From Bryobacterales bacterium (GTDB lineage Bacteria > Acidobacteriota > Terriglobia > Bryobacterales > Bryobacteraceae): 64,000 nucleotides of DNA. This document shows positions 26,479-35,897 of this stretch, piece after piece. The notes under the pieces were generated by a model. That model was not told the origin of the DNA, did no database searches, and saw only the letters and a program-made list of their open reading frames with translations. A program made the position numbers and the translations under genes. The stretch is from assembly GCA_963772905.1 (NCBI GenBank), contig CAVYZD010000001.1:926144-990143 (forward strand), in the 5' to 3' direction. The stretch's first letter is position 1, and the number at the start of each line of letters is the position of its first letter.

Positions 26479-28343
26479 TGTATATCAAAGGCGGCTCCCG
26501 CCGCAGCATCGGCTTCTGGTCCAAGCATCTTCAGGACCGGGAGCAGAACCTCCGCGTCGATATCATCGAGAGGCGCGGCCTGGCCGCGACCGATCTAAAG
26601 GACATGATGCTGGAAATGCAGGAGGACGCCCGCTTCACTCGCTGCGAAAACTTTATGTATATCGCCGCCTTCAATCCCTGCCCGCACGAGCAGCTGACAG
26701 AGGAGCAGTGGGAGAAGGCCTATGAGATCTTCGAGAAGCACCGGGGCATCCCGGCGGGCCAGCAGCGCATCGTCATCGAGCATGAGAAGGAAGGGCGCAT
26801 ACACCGGCATGTCGTCTGGAACCGGGTCGATCTCGAAAACATGCGCGCTTTCCGCGATGCCTGGAATTCGGAGGTATGCGCCGAGGCAAAAGTGGAGATC
26901 GAGCAGGAGCTGAAACTGGAACGGACCCCCGGTCTCCGCGAGCGGCAGCCGGGGGACCCTCGCCCCCTGAAGGCCTTCGAGATGCATCGCGGCATGAAGA
27001 GCGGCCTCGATCCTCGCCTCATCACGGCCGAAGTTACGCAGATCTACCGAGACAGCCGTAATGGTGCGGATTTTGTGGAAGGCCTGGTCCAGCACGGCTA
27101 TCAGCTCGCCGAAGGCCGGCGGGGTCTTTGCATTCTCGACGGTGCCGGGCATGAGCACAGCCTCGCGCGACGCATCGAAGGCGTGAATGCCAAAGAGCTG
27201 CGCGCATTCATGCAAGGGGTCGATCTCGGGAACCTTCCTACGGTCGAGCAGGCGAGGGCCCAGTTCCGGGATCGAAAGATCAGCGACCTCGAAGCCGACC
27301 GCGACACGGTCCGGCACGAGATCGTATGGCTGGAGGCCCTCGCCAAAGCCGCGATCGAGAAGGAAAAGATCGAGCAACGGTTCGTAGAACCGAGGCCGGA
27401 GAGAAACAAAGGTCAGGACGATAGGGAAAAAATCTGGCCGATTGAGCCTCCTAAGCCGGAGCGGATCAGGACCTCGCCGGAGTTTCATTTCGGGGACGCG
27501 GCAAGGGAGGCCACGCGAGGCGAGCCGCAGCCGCCGATGCCGGAAAAGCTGAGAGGGACGCCGGCGGAGATCTGGAACGCTTACCATCAGAGCGATAATG
27601 CGCGCGCTTTCGCCGCCGCGCTCGACGAGCAGGGGATTTCGCTTGCCGTTGTCACGAAATCCGAAGCCGACCGCAGCCATAGAAATGCTGAATTCGCGCG
27701 AGCCGCCGGCAATTATGCGCCCAGGTTCAAAGAGGGGGAGATCGTCGCCATTGCGGAGCCCGGCCTCACCTACCGCGACGGCAAGATTGCGGAGCCGCGC
27801 GTCTATCGCCTCGATAAATTCACGACCGGCGAGGAGCCCCGGAAAGTCGAGGCCTTCCTGAAACCGCTCGATCGCTCGCAGCTTGAGGGCATCGAGGCGA
27901 CCCAGGAGAAGATCAAGGCCCGCGTCGAGCAGCGCATCATCGAAGTCCAGGCCTTCCGGGATCTCCTCCGCGACGTGAAGAACGACGAGCGGATGAAACA
28001 AGCGCAAGCGCCCGGACGTACGCAACCGATAGGGGCTCTAAAGAGAGGCGCCAGGTCAGTCGTGACAAAAGCGCTTGCGGCGCCCAGGCTAGCAGAAAAG
28101 CCCGTCGGATCGGCCTTCAAATTGTTGGGCGCCGCCGGAAAACTCGCCGACGGCCTATTCGATCTGATCGATCCGGTGCTGACGCCGGCGCTGAAACGCG
28201 AAAAAGAAATCATGGCGCGCACGCGCGAAGCCGAAGCCGAAAACACGACGGACCTCCAGAAATACGCAGCCGAGCGACGACGGCAAGAGGAGGAGCGTCC
28301 TAAAGAAAGGGAGCCCGACCGGGACCGGGGCCGAGAACGGTGA
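26478..28343 (+). CDS. relaxase/mobilisation nuclease (MobA/VirD2-type, MOBQ-like)
   Basis: The N-terminal relaxase domain carries the His cluster IEHEKEGRIHRHVVWNRVD. The C-terminus is long, charged and low-complexity. Confidence 0.9.
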   Translation: MYIKGGSRRSIGFWSKHLQDREQNLRVDIIERRGLAATDLKDMMLEMQEDARFTRCENFMYIAAFNPCPHEQLTEEQWEKAYEIFEKHRGIPAGQQRIVIEHEKEGRIHRHVVWNRVDLENMRAFRDAWNSEVCAEAKVEIEQELKLERTPGLRERQPGDPRPLKAFEMHRGMKSGLDPRLITAEVTQIYRDSRNGADFVEGLVQHGYQLAEGRRGLCILDGAGHEHSLARRIEGVNAKELRAFMQGVDLGNLPTVEQARAQFRDRKISDLEADRDTVRHEIVWLEALAKAAIEKEKIEQRFVEPRPERNKGQDDREKIWPIEPPKPERIRTSPEFHFGDAAREATRGEPQPPMPEKLRGTPAEIWNAYHQSDNARAFAAALDEQGISLAVVTKSEADRSHRNAEFARAAGNYAPRFKEGEIVAIAEPGLTYRDGKIAEPRVYRLDKFTTGEEPRKVEAFLKPLDRSQLEGIEATQEKIKARVEQRIIEVQAFRDLLRDVKNDERMKQAQAPGRTQPIGALKRGARSVVTKALAAPRLAEKPVGSAFKLLGAAGKLADGLFDLIDPVLTPALKREKEIMARTREAEAENTTDLQKYAAERRRQEEERPKEREPDRDRGRER

Positions 28344-28713
28344 GAGCCGGTGGACTGCCCCCATCCTCCGGCGAGAACCTGCAAGGGGCAAAGACGAAAA
28401 GAGCTTTCTTCGCCGTCGATCCCGTAATGCTGTTTTCCGAATTGCCGCCAGAGCCGTCATCCACTCCCACGACGCAAGACCCGCGAGAACATTCGAGCCC
28501 GGTCTGGTTCAGGCCTGGCAGCAGCACTCATCCCGAAATGAAAATCATCTTCCCGTGATCGGCGCACCCGATCGGCCCTCTAATGCGGCGGAGATAATCT
28601 TCCTACTGCTGGCGAACGGTTACAGCTGGGCGCAGATCCGCGCCATGTATCCCGGTCTCTTTTCTCATGCCCCTCATCCCACAAGTTAAAACCCACCCAC
28701 CATGGAGCGACAC

Positions 28714-29019
28714 ATGAACACGACGCCGTATCAAAAAGCCTTCGACGAATTGAGAAAGCTCGGGCTCATTCTGCAGCAGGCTCCGGGACACTACAGGGTG
28801 AATTTCCGCAACGGCACGACGGCGACGGAATACCAGACCGAGGATCTGTTTGATGCCTTGCAGACGGGACGCGTGATGGCATTGAATCCACCGCCACCAG
28901 CGGAACCGCCGCCCGGTCCGACAAGGGCACGTTCACGCCGGCGGGCCTTCATGCTGGCCCACAACAACAGGGTCGAAGCCCGGCGGAAAAAGCGAAGGGC
29001 GCAAAAGCGCAGGGGTTGA
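28714..29019 (+). CDS. hypothetical protein with basic C-terminus
   Basis: Frame of track ORF 28702-29019. The ATG at 28714 lies 7 nt after GGAG. Confidence 0.45.
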   Translation: MNTTPYQKAFDELRKLGLILQQAPGHYRVNFRNGTTATEYQTEDLFDALQTGRVMALNPPPPAEPPPGPTRARSRRRAFMLAHNNRVEARRKKRRAQKRRG

Positions 29020-29023
29020 AGAT

Positions 29024-29410
29024 CTAGTGTTGCTCTGGGGCGGAATTCCCATCCGGCGGATTGGGCGAAAGGATTTCCTCGGCAATATGGGCCACGTCGA
29101 GATATGCAAACCAGCGTTGCCGGTCCGCGTCGGTCACTTCCTGTCCGGTTTCCTCGCGATGCTTTATGAGTTGCTCCTGCTCCTGGGCTTTGGCGATGAC
29201 GCGGTTGAGCCCGTCGCGGTATCGGTTGGCATCGAACAGCAGCAGCGCCATGCCTCTGCCCGCGTCGAACCGCGGAGCGCCGTAGGGCGCGGTTTCATGC
29301 CAGTAGGCCTCCACCTGTTTCAACGTATCCGCGATCCGCTTTTCATCGGCTTGCTGCTGCTCAATAAGCTTGGGCAGCGGTTTCCAGTCGAACGTGCTCT
29401 TCAGTTCCAT
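29024..29410 (-). CDS. hypothetical protein
   Basis: 128-aa ORF with balanced composition, divergent from the rhs gene. Confidence 0.5.
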   Translation of the reverse strand: MELKSTFDWKPLPKLIEQQQADEKRIADTLKQVEAYWHETAPYGAPRFDAGRGMALLLFDANRYRDGLNRVIAKAQEQEQLIKHREETGQEVTDADRQRWFAYLDVAHIAEEILSPNPPDGNSAPEQH

Positions 29411-29526
29411 GCCGACGATTTTAACGCCGCGCGAGTAGCCGCAATCAGGAATTTCTTTTGACGCATTTCCTCAAAACTGCTAAGGGTGCGATCTCCTAGG
29501 TCTTCTCTTCGGGTCAGGGTGTTCCG

Positions 29527-32500
29527 TTGTTTGTTCCCCGTCCGCGCCTTGGCCGGCATTCCAGACGTACCTCGAAGACGAGCTTTCCTTGCATTCTGCG
29601 CTTTGCTTTTCTCGGCGTCATGGCCGCGGTTGCGCTCACTCTGCCCCAGCAGGCGAAGGCACAGGCATCGCTGACGCAGATCACGCTCACAGGAACAGTG
29701 GCCTCTGGCACCGACAGCACAGGTTCGGCGAATGTGTTCGGCGTCGGTACCAATCTTGCGACTTTAGATTTCACCCTGATCTACACCTACGATCCGTCGC
29801 AGGGAACGCCAGGTTTCCTGGACTGCTCCGGCGGCAGCCCGATCTACTACACCGATATCAGGAACAGCGGCTCTGCCTATCCAGGCACAGCAACGCTGCA
29901 GATCGGCGGCGGCACGCCATATCCGTTCGGTGGTGCCGGCGAGAGTAGTGTCACGTCATGGGCACTTCGCTACGCGCCAGTCTGCGGCAGTGTGGCAAGC
30001 GAGGCGGGGGCAGGGGTTACGACAAACTTCAGCGGGGCTTTCGGCGGCGGTGCGAGCGTAGGCCCCGGAGCCGTCAGTCCGGATATTTATCCGCCGTCGG
30101 GTGGCCCACCCCTGAGCTCGAATCCTGACTGGAGTTCCGACGTCAATCCCGCCGTCGCGACAGATAGCAGCGTTCACATTAGCTTCAACGTCGGTATTAC
30201 GGGGGCGGAGACCAAGACCGCGAGCGGCGATCTTAGTCCAACGACGTTCCTGGTGACGCAGCTCGGGCTGGACATCAATGCCCTGACCGACGGATCGGGT
30301 TGCGGCTGCGATGGACCATACAGCGGGAATCCCGTTGAATGGATGTATATTCAGGCTCACGAAGCTGGCCAGTCTTTCGGCAAGGACTATACCGACCTCA
30401 TAGGCGATCCGGTCAATCCCGCGACGGGAAACACCTTCGAGGCCTCGACCGATTACACCACAGCGGGGCCGAATGTCCTGGCCTTCCGCCGCTACTACAA
30501 CGGCATGGCCAATCAGGTTTATATCGGCCCACCCTTCAGCGGCTATCTCGTCTCACTGGCAACGGAACTCGGTTCGAACTGGCGCTCCAATTATGACGGA
30601 TATTTGCAGATCGGTACTTCCATCGTCAGCGCTGAACGACCGGATGGAATGGTTATTCCGTTCCGCCTCAACGGCAGCACATGGACGGCTCCCGCAGGCG
30701 TAGATGCGACGCTGACTCAGGCGGGCTCGACCTGGACACTGACCCTTCCTAACGACTCCGTCGAGACCTACTCGACTGCAACGACCGCCTATGGCGAGCT
30801 GACCTCAATCCGTCTGCGCAACGGCTACACGATGTCGATGACCTATAACAGCAGCAACCAGCTCACGACTGTGACGGACAGCTACAGCCGGCAGCTGACC
30901 CTCAGCTACAGCAGCGGCCTGCTGCAATCGGTGACGACACCCGACAGCACGACCATCAATTACGGCTATACCGCGGTCACTGGCGGCAATGTCCTGAGCT
31001 CGGTTTCCTATCCAACGACGCCCGCCACCAGCCTCACCTATCAATACACATCGCCTGGCCAGCCCTTCCTGCTCACCGGCATTCAGGACGCTGCCGGGAA
31101 CCAGCTCGCGACATGGACCTATGACAGCCAGAGCCGGGCGATATCCAGCAAACGCGGCGGCTCGCTTGGCGCGGACGCGACCACCTTCACCTACAACAGC
31201 GACGGCACCGTGACAGTGACGAACGCCTTCGGGGTGGCAGATACGTATACCTACCACAAGCTGCAGGGTGTGCCGCGTCTCCTCAAGATCAGCCGCGCCG
31301 CCACGTCCACCACGGCCGCGGCGACGCGCTCTTTCGGGTACGACGCGAACGGCTACAAGACGATCCAGACGGACTGGAATGGCAACACCACCATCTATGT
31401 CAACAACACGCATGGTCTCGCGACCAGCATGACCGAAGCGGCGGGCACGACCATCGCCCGTACAACGACCACCGTTTATGACCCGACTTTTGTCCATCTG
31501 CCCGATACGATCACGATGCCGGAGCTGACGGTCGGCTTTACGTACGACAGCAACGGCAACCCCCTGACCAAAACCGAGACCGACACGACCACCACCAGCA
31601 TCCCCTACAGCACCAACGGCCAGACCCGCACGACCCAATGGACCTGGAGTTCAACCGGTGAAATGCTTACGGAGCAGCTGCCTCGCACGGACGTGACGGC
31701 GAAGACGACTTACGGTTATTCATCCGATGGAGCGCTGACCAGTGTTACCGATGCCCTGAGCAACGCGACGACCGTCACCACGCATACCGGCGGCGGAAGG
31801 CCGCTGACGGTGCAGGACCCGAACAGCGTGGTCACAGCGCTGACTTATGACGGGGGTCAGCGGGTGCTTACCAGCAGCATTGCCACGACCGGCGGTGCCT
31901 TAACCACCACCTACACTTACGACACGGCCGGCAAACTCGCGAGCGTGGAGAAGCCCGACGGCTCGACACTGAGCTATGGCTACGACGCGGCGAACCGGCT
32001 CACCTCGATCACGGACCTGTTTGGCAACAGCATCAACTACACGCTCGATCCGCTCGGTAACAAAACGCAGACGGAATGGGAGGATAGCGGCAGTACCGTG
32101 CATCGGAGCACCACGGCTACTTTCGATGCGCTCGGGCGGATGCTGACGAATGTCGGCGGCATGAGCCAGACGACAACCTTCACCTATGACAAGAACGGGA
32201 ACACCCTCACCATCAAGGACCCGGACCTCAACACCGTCACGAAAACCTATGACGCGCTGAACAGGCTCAAGACCTCCGTCGATCCCTCGCCCGGAGGCAC
32301 GACGACGCTGACCTATGACGCGCATGACCGGCCGCTCACGGTCCAGGACCCTCTCGGCCACACAACTTCCTACGTCTTTGACGGGTTCGGCGACCGCATA
32401 CAGGTCGCCAGCCCGGACAGCGGCACGGCGGTCTACTATTTCGACCCCGACAGCAACCTAACTAAGCAGGTGCTGGCAGGGTCGCTCGAAGCCGACATGA

Positions 32501-34311
32501 CGTATGACGCCGACGACCGGTTGCTGACAACCAGCTATCCCTCCGACGGCACGCTCAACGTCACGAATGCCTATGACCAGACCGGCCACGGCTACGGCAT
32601 CGGGCGGCTGACGAGCGCAACGGACAAGATCGGCAGCCTGAGCCTCACCTATGACGAGCGCGGCAATATCACTTACGAGAGCCGGGTCGCCACCGGCATC
32701 ACCACGCTGAACACGACGTATGCGTTCGACGCCGGGAACAATATCTCCAGCATCACCTATCCCTCCGGCACCGTAGTCGCCTACGGGCGGGACACGATGG
32801 GCCGGGTCACCTCTGTCACGGCGCAACCGCCGGGCTTCGGCAGCCCGAGCAACGTGGCGGTCTTGATTGCCTATGAGCCCTTCGGCCCCGTCACCGGCCT
32901 CACCTACGGCAACGGCATCACCGGCACATATTCCTACGATAACGATTACAGGACCACGTCGCGCGTCGATGCCGCCACGTCGAGCGTGATGAACCTCGCC
33001 TACACTTACGACGCCGCCGATAACGTCAAGACGATCACCGACAGCGTGAATGCAGCAAACGGCCAGACATTGACCTACGACGCCCTCAACCGCCTCAAGA
33101 CGGCCGTGAGCGGCACGGGCGGCTATGGTTCGTGGAGTTGGACGTGGGACGCCGTGCACAACGCCAAAACGCAGGTCATCGCTGGTACCACCACGACGCT
33201 CAACCAGGTTTCGGGCAGCAACAAGCTGCTGAGCATGACGACGGGATCGACGACCACGAACGTTACGAACACATCCGCCGGAAACATCAACCTTCTAAAA
33301 ATCAGCGGCACCACCGTCGAAACCCTGACATACAACCAGGCCAACGAGATGGCGAGCGCAAGCGCCTCGGGCGGCTCGGCCTCCTATGCCTACGACCTGC
33401 TCGGACGGCGTATCGAGAAATCGCCATCGGGCGGGAACACGATTGTGCTCCAGTATGCGGGCCTGAGCCCGAGCACCTTGCTTGCTGAGGACGACCGGCA
33501 TGGTAACGCGGCGGATTACATCTACCTCAACGGTGTCCCCATCAGCGAAGTGAACCCCGGAACCGGCGCGCTCTACTACACGCACACCGACACTCTCGGC
33601 ACGCCGCAGGCTCTGACGAACGGATCAGGCACAGCGGTGTGGAACGCGACGTACAAGCCGTTCGGCAACACGCAAACCACGGCGGGCAGCGTTATCCAGC
33701 ACCTCCGCCTCCCTGGCCAGTACTACGATTCCGAGACCGGCTATCACGCCAACGGGTACAGGGTCTATGATCCCTCATCGACCCGCTACGTTGAAAGCGA
33801 CCCCATCGGCCTCGCCGGAGGCATCAACACTTATCAATATGTCAGAGCCAACCCCTTCAAAAACATCGACCCGATAGGGTTGAAGGAATTGACCGTCAGC
33901 GTCGGTGACATCCTCGGGCCGGTTGGGGTAACTGCCTATCTTGGGTACAACAGCGGCCAATGGAGTTACGGCGGCTATATCGGGGTTGGCACAGGTTGGT
34001 CGATCAACTATGACCCGAACGATTCAGGTTGTCACGAAGCAGGCTATCAGTGGGGCTGGCAGGGCAACGGTCAGCTTGCGTACTATGGCCCTAACATAAA
34101 CGCTTCTGTATTTTGGGGAGCCCCCGGTTACTATTCATTCGGCCAAATCTCTGCCGGAATTCCCGGAACACCGCTCAGTTGGAGTATTGGGGAAGAGAAT
34201 GGAAACTTACTTCCCCCGTCGCCCTTCCCCACCGTAGGCATTGGAGATTCAACGACCTTCGGTTATGGTGGAGTTCATTACCTTCCCCGAGGTCAAGAAT
34301 TGCTGCCATGA
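29527..34311 (+). CDS. RHS/YD-repeat polymorphic toxin with unassigned C-terminal domain
   Basis: Dozens of YD repeats (YTYD..G.L, Y.YDA.NRL). The RHS core ends with YYDSETGYHANGYRVYDPSSTRYVESDPIGLAGGINTYQYVRANPFKNIDPIGL, followed by a ~140-aa Gly/aromatic-rich tail. The N-terminus is signal-like and the start is uncertain. Confidence 0.9.
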   Translation: MFVPRPRLGRHSRRTSKTSFPCILRFAFLGVMAAVALTLPQQAKAQASLTQITLTGTVASGTDSTGSANVFGVGTNLATLDFTLIYTYDPSQGTPGFLDCSGGSPIYYTDIRNSGSAYPGTATLQIGGGTPYPFGGAGESSVTSWALRYAPVCGSVASEAGAGVTTNFSGAFGGGASVGPGAVSPDIYPPSGGPPLSSNPDWSSDVNPAVATDSSVHISFNVGITGAETKTASGDLSPTTFLVTQLGLDINALTDGSGCGCDGPYSGNPVEWMYIQAHEAGQSFGKDYTDLIGDPVNPATGNTFEASTDYTTAGPNVLAFRRYYNGMANQVYIGPPFSGYLVSLATELGSNWRSNYDGYLQIGTSIVSAERPDGMVIPFRLNGSTWTAPAGVDATLTQAGSTWTLTLPNDSVETYSTATTAYGELTSIRLRNGYTMSMTYNSSNQLTTVTDSYSRQLTLSYSSGLLQSVTTPDSTTINYGYTAVTGGNVLSSVSYPTTPATSLTYQYTSPGQPFLLTGIQDAAGNQLATWTYDSQSRAISSKRGGSLGADATTFTYNSDGTVTVTNAFGVADTYTYHKLQGVPRLLKISRAATSTTAAATRSFGYDANGYKTIQTDWNGNTTIYVNNTHGLATSMTEAAGTTIARTTTTVYDPTFVHLPDTITMPELTVGFTYDSNGNPLTKTETDTTTTSIPYSTNGQTRTTQWTWSSTGEMLTEQLPRTDVTAKTTYGYSSDGALTSVTDALSNATTVTTHTGGGRPLTVQDPNSVVTALTYDGGQRVLTSSIATTGGALTTTYTYDTAGKLASVEKPDGSTLSYGYDAANRLTSITDLFGNSINYTLDPLGNKTQTEWEDSGSTVHRSTTATFDALGRMLTNVGGMSQTTTFTYDKNGNTLTIKDPDLNTVTKTYDALNRLKTSVDPSPGGTTTLTYDAHDRPLTVQDPLGHTTSYVFDGFGDRIQVASPDSGTAVYYFDPDSNLTKQVLAGSLEADMTYDADDRLLTTSYPSDGTLNVTNAYDQTGHGYGIGRLTSATDKIGSLSLTYDERGNITYESRVATGITTLNTTYAFDAGNNISSITYPSGTVVAYGRDTMGRVTSVTAQPPGFGSPSNVAVLIAYEPFGPVTGLTYGNGITGTYSYDNDYRTTSRVDAATSSVMNLAYTYDAADNVKTITDSVNAANGQTLTYDALNRLKTAVSGTGGYGSWSWTWDAVHNAKTQVIAGTTTTLNQVSGSNKLLSMTTGSTTTNVTNTSAGNINLLKISGTTVETLTYNQANEMASASASGGSASYAYDLLGRRIEKSPSGGNTIVLQYAGLSPSTLLAEDDRHGNAADYIYLNGVPISEVNPGTGALYYTHTDTLGTPQALTNGSGTAVWNATYKPFGNTQTTAGSVIQHLRLPGQYYDSETGYHANGYRVYDPSSTRYVESDPIGLAGGINTYQYVRANPFKNIDPIGLKELTVSVGDILGPVGVTAYLGYNSGQWSYGGYIGVGTGWSINYDPNDSGCHEAGYQWGWQGNGQLAYYGPNINASVFWGAPGYYSFGQISAGIPGTPLSWSIGEENGNLLPPSPFPTVGIGDSTTFGYGGVHYLPRGQELLP

Positions 34312-34739
34312 AGCCCACGCTTAACTTCTGGCTTATTTCGAGATTGGCTGTTGCCGTTTTGGACATACGGTACGCCTTTGAACTGTCAGCCTCCCCTGAT
34401 AATACTCACTTTGATTGGCTCTTCTGTATTTTCGCTTCCACCATTCCACCAATAGTGATCTTTGGAGGGCTCTTAGCTGCGAACCCTGGAGACCCTGACG
34501 ACATTGCTGATCCATACTCTTTCACAAAACCATGCTGGCCTACCGCACGCTTCCCGCTTCGCACTTGGTTCACAGGTTCTTGGATATTCATGCTTATGGG
34601 AGCAATTTCATCTTTACGGGACATAATTACTCGCCAAACAATAATGCCGATTGAGATGATGTTCTTGTTATTGGGTTCACTACTAATGTGCGGGGTTATC
34701 GTTCATGTTAACCTCAGACGGACAAAAGCCCGCAAATGA
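34308..34739 (+). CDS. putative RHS immunity protein (multi-pass membrane protein)
   Basis: The ATG overlaps the rhs stop as ATGA. The 143-aa product has about 4 hydrophobic segments. The DNA is AT-richer than the rhs core. Confidence 0.6.
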   Translation: MKPTLNFWLISRLAVAVLDIRYAFELSASPDNTHFDWLFCIFASTIPPIVIFGGLLAANPGDPDDIADPYSFTKPCWPTARFPLRTWFTGSWIFMLMGAISSLRDIITRQTIMPIEMMFLLLGSLLMCGVIVHVNLRRTKARK

Positions 34740-34765
34740 AGTGACCCACGATCGTTGAACGGCTC

Positions 34766-34833
34766 GCTGCTAGTCAATTGCTTCAACCCTATCGGGTCGA
34801 TGTTTTTGAAGGGGTCGCCTCCGACATATTGGA
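34766..34833 (-). pseudogene. orphan inverted fragment of an rhs core 3' end
   Basis: The reverse complement encodes QYVGGDPFKNIDPIGLKQLT. A 35-bp stretch (34781-34815) is identical to 33851-33885 in inverted orientation. Only about 25 further codons follow before a stop. Confidence 0.75.
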
Positions 34834-35055
34834 ATTCACTTTGCCACGGCGCGAAAGCGGGTCAGAACGGGATGTGGGCGGGGATCTTTTCATCCACCGT
34901 GCGACAGCGCGACAGCGTAAAGTTAGCACGAAGTGCAGCAAGGCCAACCGTTCGCATTGACGAAGCAGAACAACTGAATTAATAAAGGCAACTGTGTGAG
35001 ACAAAGCAGTGGCTCTTCGACCACAGCGTTGTAGCCAGCGGAGTCCGGTATTTTC

Positions 35056-35895
35056 ATGGTGAATATTGAGACAACCTTATTCCGTTCGATATTCTATGTC
35101 GTCATCGGATTGAAGACGCTCGCGCTTTATAGCCTGCCATTTACCGCGCTGGCGTTCGTTTTTCCAAGCAAGCCATCCCAGCCGTTGTTTCGGCGGGACA
35201 TGGTAACCGATGCGCTTTTTGCGCTTATTACGTTCGTGTATCACCCCATCCAGGCGCTTTTACAAGTCATCTTTGTAGCCAGCATCTATTCGATCCTGGC
35301 CGCGAATATCCTGAAACCGGCCCATACGCCCATCCTCACCACGCTGCCGCTATGGTCGCAGATCGCGTTCATCATTGTTGCAACGGATTTTCTGCAGTAC
35401 TGGACCCATCGTCTCTCCCATCGGAATATACTGTGGCGCTTTCACGCCATCCACCATTCCTCTGAAAATGTTGATTGGATGTCAGCCTATCGGTGGCATC
35501 CAATCAACTTTCTGTTCCATGTTACAGTCCCGCAAGCGCTCGTGTGGTCGGCTGGATTCAGTCCCGAGGCGTTTCCCCCGGTTCTTCTTCTTTCTACGAT
35601 TAACGGCTGCCTCGTTCACGCCAATGTGAAGTGGACGTATGGCCCATTACGCTATGTCATTGCGAGCCCCGTATTCCACCGCTGGCATCACACCCCGCCT
35701 TCGCAGGGCGGCGAAAAGAACTTCGCGCCCTTCTTCTCCGTTTTCGATGTCGTTTTCGGAACCTTCTACATGCCGGAGGGTACGCCTACGAATTTCGGGA
35801 CGCCCTACGACTCCATTTCCAGCAATTTCTTAGGGCAGCTTGCTTATCCGTTCATAAGGAAAGTGAACAATAAGCTTCCGCGTTCTGCGGTGTAG
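35056..35895 (+). CDS. fatty acid hydroxylase / sterol desaturase family protein
   Basis: His boxes HRLSH, HAIHH and HRWHH are present, with multiple TM segments. Confidence 0.85.
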   Translation: MVNIETTLFRSIFYVVIGLKTLALYSLPFTALAFVFPSKPSQPLFRRDMVTDALFALITFVYHPIQALLQVIFVASIYSILAANILKPAHTPILTTLPLWSQIAFIIVATDFLQYWTHRLSHRNILWRFHAIHHSSENVDWMSAYRWHPINFLFHVTVPQALVWSAGFSPEAFPPVLLLSTINGCLVHANVKWTYGPLRYVIASPVFHRWHHTPPSQGGEKNFAPFFSVFDVVFGTFYMPEGTPTNFGTPYDSISSNFLGQLAYPFIRKVNNKLPRSAV

Positions 35896-35897
35896 GG

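Noticed and set aside
26595-28025. 476-aa minus-strand ORF
   Set aside because: It is antisense to the relaxase gene. It is Arg/Leu/Pro-rich with no motifs, which is typical of a high-GC shadow frame.
28555-28686. 43-codon GTG-initiated frame encoding ...AAEIIFLLLANGYSWAQIRAMYPGLF (HTH-like)
   Set aside because: It is too short, has no convincing RBS and its frame is open far upstream without a start. The support is insufficient to call a gene.
30805-33585. Several 100-280-aa minus-strand ORFs inside the rhs gene
   Set aside because: They lie within a continuous 1594-codon YD-repeat frame on the + strand. The products are Arg/Gly/Val-rich shadows.
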